Shown here in pieces: positions 1 through 8,094 of a DNA stretch of 64,000 bases. Within the stretch, counting starts at the first letter, position 1, and each line of letters opens with the position of its first letter. The translations under genes and the position numbers were made by a program. The stretch lies in NCBI GenBank assembly GCA_017520185.1, contig JAFXGO010000026.1, positions 14,729-78,728 of the forward strand, given 5' to 3'. The notes beneath the pieces were generated by a model, which ran no database searches, was not told the DNA's origin, and was given only the letters and a program-made list of their open reading frames with translations. Source of the DNA: Elusimicrobiaceae bacterium (GTDB taxonomy: Bacteria; Elusimicrobiota; Elusimicrobia; Elusimicrobiales; Elusimicrobiaceae).

Positions 1-1010
1 ACCACCATCAAAAAATCATCGTACCGACGAAAATAATCTATAAGACAATTTGGCCTGGCGCCCACAGCGCGGCCGTCCATATAGCGAGAATAATTCTCAA
101 TACCGGGACAAAAGCCCGCTTGTTCCATCATTTCCAAATCATACTCGGTACGTTGTTTGAGGCGGTAGGCCTCCATTTCTTTCCCTTGCGCAATTAATTC
201 AGCATGGCGAATGGCTAAATCTGCACGTATTTGTGCCAAAGCCCTTTCTTTATCTTCATCTTTGATAACAAAATGTTTGGAAGGATATACCCATGCTTCA
301 TCAATTTCCGATACAATATTACCGGTAATGGGATGTATTTCGTAAATATTGGCAATATTTTTACCTTTTATTTCTACCCGTACGGCATTGGTACCGTACG
401 GAGGAAAAATATCCACATAAGGACCACGCATGCGAAAAGATCCGGAAAGAAATTCCATTTCATTGCGTGTATATTGAATTTTAATTAAAAGACTACCCAA
501 ATTGCCGCGTGACATTTCGGCACCCTTTTTCAAATAAACGCACAACTCACTATAACTGTCCGGAGATCCGATATTATAAATGCAAGATACCGAAGCCACC
601 ACAATGGTATCTCGCCGCGTCAGCAAGGAGGTGGTGGCTTTTAAACGCAATTTATCAATATGTTCATTAACGGCGGAATCTTTTTCTATATAAGTATCTG
701 TTTGGGGGATATAGGCTTCCGGCTGATAATAATCATAATACGAAATGAAATATTCCACCGCATTTTCAGGGAAAAATTGCTTAAACTCTGCATACAATTG
801 AGCCGCCAAAACTTTATTGGGAGATAAAATTAAAGTGGGGCGATTTATTTTTTCAATCACGTTGGCTATGGTAAACGTTTTACCAGAACCGGTGACCCCC
901 AATAAAGTTTGACGTTTTTGCCCGGCAAGCACCCCTTGCGTCAGGGCCTCGATGGCTTTGGGCTGATCGCCGGAAGGAGCAAAAGGAGCAGATAGTTTAA
1001 AACGTTGCAT
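1..1010 (-). CDS. uvrB: Excinuclease ABC subunit B, 5' part (runs off window start)
   Basis: Hand translation from ATG at 1010: MQRFKLSAPFAPSGDQPKAIEAL...LLGVTGSGKTFT...EYFISYYDYYQPEAY (UvrB Walker A and beta-hairpin motif). Absent from the ORF track because it is truncated. Confidence 0.96.
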   Translation of the reverse strand, partial: MQRFKLSAPFAPSGDQPKAIEALTQGVLAGQKRQTLLGVTGSGKTFTIANVIEKINRPTLILSPNKVLAAQLYAEFKQFFPENAVEYFISYYDYYQPEAYIPQTDTYIEKDSAVNEHIDKLRLKATTSLLTRRDTIVVASVSCIYNIGSPDSYSELCVYLKKGAEMSRGNLGSLLIKIQYTRNEMEFLSGSFRMRGPYVDIFPPYGTNAVRVEIKGKNIANIYEIHPITGNIVSEIDEAWVYPSKHFVIKDEDKERALAQIRADLAIRHAELIAQGKEMEAYRLKQRTEYDLEMMEQAGFCPGIENYSRYMDGRAVGARPNCLIDYFRRYDDFLMV

Positions 1011-1025
1011 AAAAATATTGTACAC

Positions 1026-1055
1026 AAAAAAAGAGGGGCTAGATGGCCCCTCTTA
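1026..1055 (-). terminator. Intrinsic terminator after marC
   Basis: 9-bp stem AAGAGGGGC/GCCCCTCTT followed by a U-tract on the minus strand. Confidence 0.75.
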
Positions 1056-1074
1056 ACTTGGTTTAAAATTTAGA

Positions 1075-1752
1075 TTAAACAGCTCCGTGAATAAAGTTGG
1101 CATTTAAAACACCCGGCAAAAGCTGAGCAACGCCATCAATCATAAACTGCATAGCAATAGCACACAAAATCATACCCATAAAACGAATGACAATTTGCGT
1201 CCCGTTGCTGCCTAATAAATCAAAAATAGAGCGAGAAACCGCTAAACAGGCACCCACTACCAACGTGGCCAAAAAAAGCACCAAAAGCATCATTAAAAAC
1301 ATCGGAAAAGTTTCTACTTTTTCGGCATATAAAACAACCGTAGTAATAGAACCGGGTCCCACAAACAACGGCATAGCCACCGGCACCACAATATGGCTTA
1401 AACGACTGCGAGCCTGAGAAAAGGTGCCCCCCTGAGAGGAGGAGGTTTGGATACCCCCTTCATCAAATTTACTTTTACCTTGCAACATGCGAAGACCCAC
1501 AATCAAAATAATAATAGATCCTGCTAAGCGGAAAGCCGGCAATGTAATACCGAACAAGTTGAGAATTTGCGTACCAAAAATAAAGAAAATAGCCAACATA
1601 ATAAACATGGAAACAGACATCAATACCGCTACTGCACGTTGTACTTTCGGATTATCACTTTCCACGTGTTCCAAAAATATAGGCACGTTTCCGATAGGGT
1701 TTAAAATAGCCAAAATACCAATAAATGCGTTAAACAACAGACTCCATTCCAT
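1075..1752 (-). CDS. MarC family integral membrane protein
   Basis: 225 aa, about 6 hydrophobic helices, motifs ILNPIGNVPIF and VPVAMPLFVGPGSITTV; AAGGAG RBS. Confidence 0.9.
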   Translation of the reverse strand: MEWSLLFNAFIGILAILNPIGNVPIFLEHVESDNPKVQRAVAVLMSVSMFIMLAIFFIFGTQILNLFGITLPAFRLAGSIIILIVGLRMLQGKSKFDEGGIQTSSSQGGTFSQARSRLSHIVVPVAMPLFVGPGSITTVVLYAEKVETFPMFLMMLLVLFLATLVVGACLAVSRSIFDLLGSNGTQIVIRFMGMILCAIAMQFMIDGVAQLLPGVLNANFIHGAV

Positions 1753-1843
1753 ATGTTTATTACAAACTCCTTGTTAAGGTAAAATTTACATCTACTTAAA
1801 GTATATCAAAATACATAGAAACTAAAACATATTCAGGCCATGT

Positions 1844-2509
1844 TTAAATCGTTTGCAAGGTTGACTGACACCACGCAAACAAAAGTTCAAAGCTGTCGTC
1901 AAAATCATAAGACGTTGCTTGTTGTATTTCTATAGCGCGGGTCAAAACAGCATGATTTTGGCCATCTAATCTTTTCAAAAGTTCCATCTTGGTAGCGATA
2001 AATTCTCCATGCTGTAGATGGTAGATATTTTGAAGAATAAAGAACACCCCTTTATAGGCAAAAGGCAAAGAATCTATGTTGGTTTTTCGGTCGGCATGAA
2101 TAAAGCGATGGCAAATTTCGTGATACAAGTTATTCAGACTAATCTTTACAAAATTTCGTACGTCTTCTTTTGTATAGGCAGGTATCCAATCTTTTAACGT
2201 ACCATAATAATCTTTGGTGCTGTGCAAAACATGAGATATTTCTAAAGGATTCCAACGGGAAAGGTCTTGACGAGCACAGATAAAACCACAAGATTTGTCT
2301 GCATATTCTAAAGAATGAATGATGGTTTTGTACTGTGCCAAGTCATCCACACTTAAACCGTCTACTATTACCATCACATCTATATCACTTGCAGGGGAGG
2401 CTTCCCCACGCAAATAACTTCCCTGCAAACCTACGTATAAAAGCCTTTGTCCAAAATGTTTTTTTAGCAAAGAGAGCAGTCCTTCAATATAAACATCCAC
2501 CTGAAACAT
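1844..2509 (-). CDS. Nucleotidyltransferase-domain protein (Pol-beta superfamily)
   Basis: 221 aa with GSYLRGEASPASDIDVMVIVD (GS...DxD) motif. Confidence 0.8.
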   Translation of the reverse strand: MFQVDVYIEGLLSLLKKHFGQRLLYVGLQGSYLRGEASPASDIDVMVIVDGLSVDDLAQYKTIIHSLEYADKSCGFICARQDLSRWNPLEISHVLHSTKDYYGTLKDWIPAYTKEDVRNFVKISLNNLYHEICHRFIHADRKTNIDSLPFAYKGVFFILQNIYHLQHGEFIATKMELLKRLDGQNHAVLTRAIEIQQATSYDFDDSFELLFAWCQSTLQTI

Positions 2510-2513
2510 GCTT

Positions 2514-3797
2514 TTACCTCTCGATCTTTTTCTGTAAAGTTGGCATTCTTTTTCCAGGCTCTGTTTCTAATTCCTTTACTCTTTGTTTAAACAAATGGCG
2601 CAAGAGGGCAATATCTTGACGGCTGGTTCCAATGAAACAAAATCCGGCCTGACCATCTTTCACACGAGAGGTCAACACGATTCCGCCTTTAATGTTGGCT
2701 TTTTTATTTAGTTTTTCCAATTCAGAAATAACTTGTTTTGTGTTCCAAGACGGATTAAATTGCATTTTGGTATCTAAATAAAAATGCAATTTATCACGTT
2801 TAATGTTGTAAACAGTAGAAGCCAACCGTTGGCAAATACTAAAACCATTATAACGAGGATTACATTCCAAAGCACGTAGTTTTAATTTTCCTTCTTTCCA
2901 GCGCAAGGCCCAGTCTATATTAATTTGCCCTCGCATGCCCATGCTATAATAATACCCCGCCAATAAAAGAGTTTTTTCTTTTATTTTTCTTAACATGGAT
3001 TCCGGAGCTTTAGTAAAGGGATAAAAGCATCCCTCCCAGGCTTCCTTGTGGACAATTTGGCAATCCACACCGCCATAATAAATACCGTCTTCTTTTAACA
3101 TAGCCAATGTACCAAGACTGCGGTATATATCTTTATATCTTTCCAAATAAACATCCGTTTCTTGATGGGACTGCTTAAGTAGCGGAATTAACTCCAATAG
3201 TTTTCCTTTCACTGTTCCATAGCCGCCGGCGGAAACGGGATGACGCAACAGATATGTTTCCTGAAAATCTAATGCACTTAAAATACGGGCTTTTTGTCCT
3301 TTATAGGCTTTGTATACCGGAGAAATGGGAGTAATGTTAAATTTTTTACAAACTTTTTTAAACAACATTTTATCATTGGCTTTTTCAATGGATTTGTAAT
3401 TGTTGCTTAAATTGTTTCCGCATTGCCGGCTCAATGCAGCAAATTGCTTCGTGTACATTTGCGGCACCATCACATACCCATTGCGACATAAATGACTTAA
3501 TTTATCCACCAATTGTTTGTCTTTTGAAATAGCCTTGATTAAAGATTCGGACGGATCATGTTTGGCAGGAGTAAATAAAAAGTTTTTATGTTTTAACTTT
3601 TTAATACGCGCCATGTAAGACACAAAATCCGGATCAATATCCACCAACGGAGACAAGACGCAGTAATCACCCGGTTTAAGCAATAAAATATACTTCAAGG
3701 AAGACTCTTTCATCCCCTCGATGGATACTTCTTGCGAGAACAAACAATCGTCCGCGTTGATAATCCAAATTTTGTTAGGCATAAAACTTACCGTCAC
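2514..3797 (-). CDS. ATP-grasp amide/peptide ligase, PGM1-like with pre-ATP-grasp N-terminus (alternative start 3782)
   Basis: N-terminal LLLKPGDYCVLSPLVDIDPDFVSY resembles the pre-ATP-grasp region; ATP-grasp hallmarks ANDKMLFKK, SAGGYG, YLERY, NIDW, LECNPRYNG. Confidence 0.7.
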   Translation of the reverse strand: MTVSFMPNKIWIINADDCLFSQEVSIEGMKESSLKYILLLKPGDYCVLSPLVDIDPDFVSYMARIKKLKHKNFLFTPAKHDPSESLIKAISKDKQLVDKLSHLCRNGYVMVPQMYTKQFAALSRQCGNNLSNNYKSIEKANDKMLFKKVCKKFNITPISPVYKAYKGQKARILSALDFQETYLLRHPVSAGGYGTVKGKLLELIPLLKQSHQETDVYLERYKDIYRSLGTLAMLKEDGIYYGGVDCQIVHKEAWEGCFYPFTKAPESMLRKIKEKTLLLAGYYYSMGMRGQINIDWALRWKEGKLKLRALECNPRYNGFSICQRLASTVYNIKRDKLHFYLDTKMQFNPSWNTKQVISELEKLNKKANIKGGIVLTSRVKDGQAGFCFIGTSRQDIALLRHLFKQRVKELETEPGKRMPTLQKKIER

Positions 3798-4749
3798 AAA
3801 CGTGACTGCACTCTTTTAATGCAACGATATCCTCTTTGTCTGATGCTTTTAGACCACAAACCACAAAATCAAAACCATATTCCGTCAACAATTTAGAAAT
3901 TCTTCTTACACTTTCCAACTTTACTTCGTGCTTAAGCGTATGAGAAACGGTTTCTTGTTGAGAAGGTAAAATCTGACGGTCTTCATGCAAATAATTTTCT
4001 TTCAATGAAGCAAAAAATTCTTCGCCGTATTTTTTAATAATATTTTGGGCTACTGTTTTGTCATACAGCAGATAGGAAAACATGACACGAGTTAAACCGG
4101 CTTTTTTTAATTTCTCAAAAAACGGACGCAATATTTCTTCTTTATCTTCCACCCCCGGAATCAGCGGGTCCATATGCACCGTCACCAAAGCGCCTGCTTG
4201 TTGGGCTTTACCGGCCCAATAAATACGTTCTTCGGCAGGGGGGACATCGGTTTCCATGCATACGCTGGCGGCCGGCTTAATAGCAGCACTGTAAGAAAAC
4301 TTGGCAGGATGCTGAATAATTAAATCCATAATCTTATCATTAGGAACACCCTTTGTGGTAATAATAATACGTTTGATTTGTGGGTGATCCACCAGCAACT
4401 TCAACACATCATAAGAATATCCGCTATCTACAAATTTTTTACAAAAAATATCCGTATATCGCGAAAGTTTAACGATATGAATGGAAGGGTCAGAATCTAA
4501 CTGTTCTTTCATGCGGGCCAAAGCCTCTTGTGGCAAACAACCAATTTGAGGGTCATTAAATTTTCCGCCCAAAGATTCCACTTTTTTCACCACTTCGCTT
4601 CTGCTTTTAGCATAGCAATAGACACAATCATGCTGGCAACCGGTATAAGGTTCCAAATAATGATAGTTTCCATACCAACAAGTTCCCAAACAACCGGGAA
4701 CAAAAAATAAATCTTTATCACTTTTTTCGTTTTGTTTAATTATGCTCAT
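3775..4749 (-). CDS. Radical SAM protein, spore-photoproduct-lyase-like (SPL/Rv2578c-type) family
   Basis: EPYTGCQHDCVYCYA (CxxxCxxC), ITTKG, PPAEERI, DPLIPG motifs; overlaps the next gene. Confidence 0.85.
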   Translation of the reverse strand: MSIIKQNEKSDKDLFFVPGCLGTCWYGNYHYLEPYTGCQHDCVYCYAKSRSEVVKKVESLGGKFNDPQIGCLPQEALARMKEQLDSDPSIHIVKLSRYTDIFCKKFVDSGYSYDVLKLLVDHPQIKRIIITTKGVPNDKIMDLIIQHPAKFSYSAAIKPAASVCMETDVPPAEERIYWAGKAQQAGALVTVHMDPLIPGVEDKEEILRPFFEKLKKAGLTRVMFSYLLYDKTVAQNIIKKYGEEFFASLKENYLHEDRQILPSQQETVSHTLKHEVKLESVRRISKLLTEYGFDFVVCGLKASDKEDIVALKECSHVCDGKFYA

Positions 4750-4825
4750 ATATAAATTGTATAAAATATGAGGGACAAGAATAAAAAATGCTATACTATA
4801 ACCACTTTAAAAACAGGATTTTTCT

Positions 4826-5485
4826 ATGACGGACGGAACCAGCACCGATTGGAAAGAGTCTTCTTTGGCTCATTGGTATAATCAAAACATGCGCGGAGAC
4901 ATTGGCGGATATGCTGCCCTGTTTCGGTTTCACGCAAAAGACCGCGTTTTGGATTTAGGCTGTGGAGATGGCACTTTGTTGTCTATTGCCGCCGAGCAAG
5001 GGGCAGCCGTCACAGGTGTAGATATTTCCGATACACAATTATCCCTTACCCAAAAAGCCTTGTCCGGAAAAGAAAACGTCCTATTGATTAAAAAAACGCT
5101 ACAGGAAATTGATTTCCCGGAAAACTGTTTTACCAAAATTTCCATTCGTAAGGCTATTCATCATTTAACCAATGACGAAAAAGGCAAATTGATTGACAAG
5201 ATGCATCACTGGCTAGCACCCGGCGGAATAGTTATTATTGAAGATATGATTTTTTCTTTTGCTTTACATCGGGTGGAAGAAAATTTGCCTCTTATCGAAA
5301 AAGATGCCTCTTTGTACTACGGCGAAAAATGGCCTTCCTTTAAAAAAGCGTTCTTTACCACCGTGTACCAAGAACTTCCTTGTGATTTGGCACAAATGAC
5401 ACATCACTTGTTATTTACGGGATTTCATATAAAACAAATTATCCAACCCGTCTGTTTTACATCAACCATTATTGCTGAAAAATAA
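4826..5485 (+). CDS. Class I SAM-dependent methyltransferase
   Basis: VLDLGCGDG motif I, VTGVDIS, AIHHL, LAPGG. Confidence 0.9.
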   Translation: MTDGTSTDWKESSLAHWYNQNMRGDIGGYAALFRFHAKDRVLDLGCGDGTLLSIAAEQGAAVTGVDISDTQLSLTQKALSGKENVLLIKKTLQEIDFPENCFTKISIRKAIHHLTNDEKGKLIDKMHHWLAPGGIVIIEDMIFSFALHRVEENLPLIEKDASLYYGEKWPSFKKAFFTTVYQELPCDLAQMTHHLLFTGFHIKQIIQPVCFTSTIIAEK

Positions 5486-5486
5486 T

Positions 5487-6701
5487 ATGAAAAAATTTTT
5501 GACTCAAAGTAAAGGATGGGCATTAGTTATTGCCACTTTTGTTGTTGTTTTCTCTTTTAGCACCGTAGATCATGCCATCTCTCCTTTGGTGGAATGGTTA
5601 AGTTTTTTCTTTCACACCGGTGCAGAAAGAACTTTGTGGCTTATTTCTTCCTGTACTGCAGGTATTGTGCTCGGTTTATTTTTAGGACCGCAACTTTTAA
5701 AAACCTTTCGCATTTCTCAAGTTCTTTGGGCCAGCTTGTTGATGATGGTGGGAGGAATATGGGCTTTTGTCAGCATTCCCTTTTTTCCTGTTTCTTTACT
5801 AATTCGTCTTGTTTTCGGATTGGGAGCAGGTTTATTTAGCACCGTTTTATGGTGGCTGACATATGAAGCGATAGACAAACGTTTTTACCTTCCTATGATT
5901 ATCGTTTTGACGGCCGCACGTCCAATGGCGGTGGCGGCAGGGGTTCCGTTGGTTTTGTACTCAAGTACTTTGCTTAATTGGCGGGTATCGTTTGCTATTA
6001 CAGGTGTTTTAATTGCTCTGTTTTGCACCGCTTTTATTTTTACCGCTCCCCCTGATAATAAAGAAAAATCAAAATTCACCCTTATGGCTTTGTTCAAAAC
6101 GTATCAAACGGCATGGAAAACACCTCATTTAAAAGATTTTTTTACCGCCATGTTGATTAACCGTTTGTGTTATTTTGGATTTTATTCCATGCTGGGATTA
6201 TGGTTTATCGGTCATTATCAACTTTCAACACCTCAATTAGCACGCCCTTTGATGGCCATCGGCCTCTGCGAAACCATCATCAATTTTGTGGTGCCTGTAT
6301 TGATGAAAATAGGACAAAAAAAATTATTTTATTTATCCCTTCTTTTTAATATTGTGTTTTTTGGTTTATTTGCATGGGGAGCCTTGCCGTTATGGGTCAC
6401 TATTTTGTTCATCGGATTGTTTGCTATGACAGATCGCATTTATGGCATGTTGCTGCTTATTTTTATCCCTTCTATTTTCAAAGACTCCAAAGACCGCACC
6501 ACCATCGGCAGTTTGGTGACTTTGGTTTCTTGGATGTCTTTGATGTTAATTTCATGGATAGAGGGAAGTTTTTTAGAAAGCATAGGACTAAAAAACATGG
6601 CGGTCCTTTTGTTAGTATTTTTGGCTATCAGCTTTGCGCTATATATCAAAATGCTACGTAAAACTATTTTTTCTTCGAACAGCATTTCCAACAACACATA
6701 A
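5487..6701 (+). CDS. MFS transporter (probable exporter)
   Basis: About 12 hydrophobic segments; ATG 1 nt after the methyltransferase stop. Confidence 0.85.
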   Translation: MKKFLTQSKGWALVIATFVVVFSFSTVDHAISPLVEWLSFFFHTGAERTLWLISSCTAGIVLGLFLGPQLLKTFRISQVLWASLLMMVGGIWAFVSIPFFPVSLLIRLVFGLGAGLFSTVLWWLTYEAIDKRFYLPMIIVLTAARPMAVAAGVPLVLYSSTLLNWRVSFAITGVLIALFCTAFIFTAPPDNKEKSKFTLMALFKTYQTAWKTPHLKDFFTAMLINRLCYFGFYSMLGLWFIGHYQLSTPQLARPLMAIGLCETIINFVVPVLMKIGQKKLFYLSLLFNIVFFGLFAWGALPLWVTILFIGLFAMTDRIYGMLLLIFIPSIFKDSKDRTTIGSLVTLVSWMSLMLISWIEGSFLESIGLKNMAVLLLVFLAISFALYIKMLRKTIFSSNSISNNT

Positions 6702-6737
6702 TCTCTTGCCAACAAACCCCCGTAGATTAACGAATAT

Positions 6738-6774
6738 AAAAACGCCCTTTGAGCAAACTGCAAAGGGCGTTTTT
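6738..6774. terminator. Bidirectional intrinsic terminator after the MFS gene
   Basis: AAAAACGCCCTTTG-N9-CAAAGGGCGTTTTT perfect inverted repeat. Confidence 0.8.
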
Positions 6775-6857
6775 ACATCTTATTATACAAGCAAACTTGT
6801 AGCACATTATACCTTTCAAATCCTAATCAAGGTCAAGCGGTTTGCCTATGCTCTTAT

Positions 6858-6883
6858 AAAAAAACCCACACTAGGTGGGTTTT
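6858..6883 (-). terminator. Terminator after tRNA-Val
   Basis: AAAACCCAC-ACTAG-GTGGGTTTT hairpin with U-tract on the minus strand. Confidence 0.7.
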
Positions 6884-6887
6884 CAAA

Positions 6888-6962
6888 TGGTGGGCAGTAC
6901 AGGATTTGAACCTGTGACCTTCCGCGTGTGAGGCGGACGCGCTACCACTGCGCCAACTGCCC
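6888..6962 (-). tRNA. tRNA-Val, anticodon CAC, encoded CCA
   Basis: Cloverleaf: acceptor GGGCAGT/ACTGCCC, D-stem GCGC/GCGC, anticodon arm TCCGC-CTCACAC-GCGGA, T-loop TTCAAAT. Confidence 0.96.
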
Positions 6963-7075
6963 GTCTGTAAATATTATAGCAAAAATTATAGTTTTATTTC
7001 TTTTTTTCTTTGAATCTTGTGCGTATCTCCGTCAATTTTATGATAAGATAAAACTATACTTTTCTGGAGAATATT

Positions 7076-8092
7076 ATGTTTAAAAAAATTACAGCGCAAG
7101 ACTACGCCCCTATCAACAATGCCTGTCTGCTTATTCTGGCAGGTACTGCGCTTACTTGGATTTTGATTTATGCCAAAACGGTACTGATGCCTTTTGTGAT
7201 TGCCGTTTTCTTCTACATTGTACTTAACACTATTGCAGCATGGATACAAAAAAAATGGCAAATTCCTCATTTGCTGGGTGTTGTTTTAGGAGTATGTCTG
7301 TTCTTAGGAGTGGCAGGATTGTCTATTGCCTTTGTATCCAACTCCATCTCCTCCTTTGTGGACGGAGCCAATTCTTACGCAGGCAAATTAAATGACACCA
7401 TCTCTTGGTTCTTGTATAACGCAAGCAAACTTGGTGTTAAAATCAATTCCGAATTTATTTCTGACACCATCAACAAACTTCCTTTGCTGAATATGGCCAA
7501 AAGCATGGGAGGAGGCGTGATGTCCTTTGTCTCTAATACAATGTTGGTTTGTTTGTTCTTAATTTTCTTATTTATGGGCAGGTCCAATGATGAAAAAAAT
7601 TCTTTGGCTTCCTCCATCGAACAACAAATCTCCTATTATTTAATTATCAAAATTCTGGTTTCTTTATTAGCCGCCGCAGTCACGTGGGTTATTTTAACCA
7701 TCATTGGTACGGAGTTGGCGTTCATGTTTGCAGTGCTGACTTTTGTACTTAATTTTATCCCCAATATCGGGCCTTTTTTCGCCACCGCCTTACCGGCCCC
7801 TGTTTTATTTTTACAGTATGGAATAGATTGGCATTTGATCGTAGGAATCAGTTTGCTGATTGCGGCACATTTTGTGATTGGAAATATTCTGGAAACCAAA
7901 TGGCTGGGTAAAGGCATGGATTTAAATCCGGTCGTAGTAATTGCTTCCTTAATCTTTTGGGCCTTGGTTTGGGGGGCAGTGGGAGCACTGCTTGCCGTTC
8001 CTTTAACCTCTATTACCAAAATGATTTTGGAACGCAGCGAACCGACTAAACCCTTTGCCGATTTATTAGCCGGTCGTTTGCCGTTTAAATAA
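7076..8092 (+). CDS. AI-2E family transporter
   Basis: 338 aa membrane protein with LNFIPNIGP, GNILETKWLG, LLAVPLT motifs. Confidence 0.9.
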   Translation: MFKKITAQDYAPINNACLLILAGTALTWILIYAKTVLMPFVIAVFFYIVLNTIAAWIQKKWQIPHLLGVVLGVCLFLGVAGLSIAFVSNSISSFVDGANSYAGKLNDTISWFLYNASKLGVKINSEFISDTINKLPLLNMAKSMGGGVMSFVSNTMLVCLFLIFLFMGRSNDEKNSLASSIEQQISYYLIIKILVSLLAAAVTWVILTIIGTELAFMFAVLTFVLNFIPNIGPFFATALPAPVLFLQYGIDWHLIVGISLLIAAHFVIGNILETKWLGKGMDLNPVVVIASLIFWALVWGAVGALLAVPLTSITKMILERSEPTKPFADLLAGRLPFK

Positions 8093-8094
8093 CT

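Noticed and set aside
6727-6807. 26-codon Cys-rich minus-strand ORF (MCYKFACIIRCKNALCSLLKGRFYIR) as precursor peptide for the ATP-grasp/rSAM cluster
   Set aside because: Its ATG overlaps the only nearby -10 hexamer, the RBS is weak and it runs through a terminator hairpin. No convincing precursor peptide was found in any intergenic gap of the cluster.
1844-6962. Cluster as a tRNA-Val-integrated genomic island
   Set aside because: No integrase, no duplicated tRNA 3' end (att) seen, and composition looks similar to the flanks.
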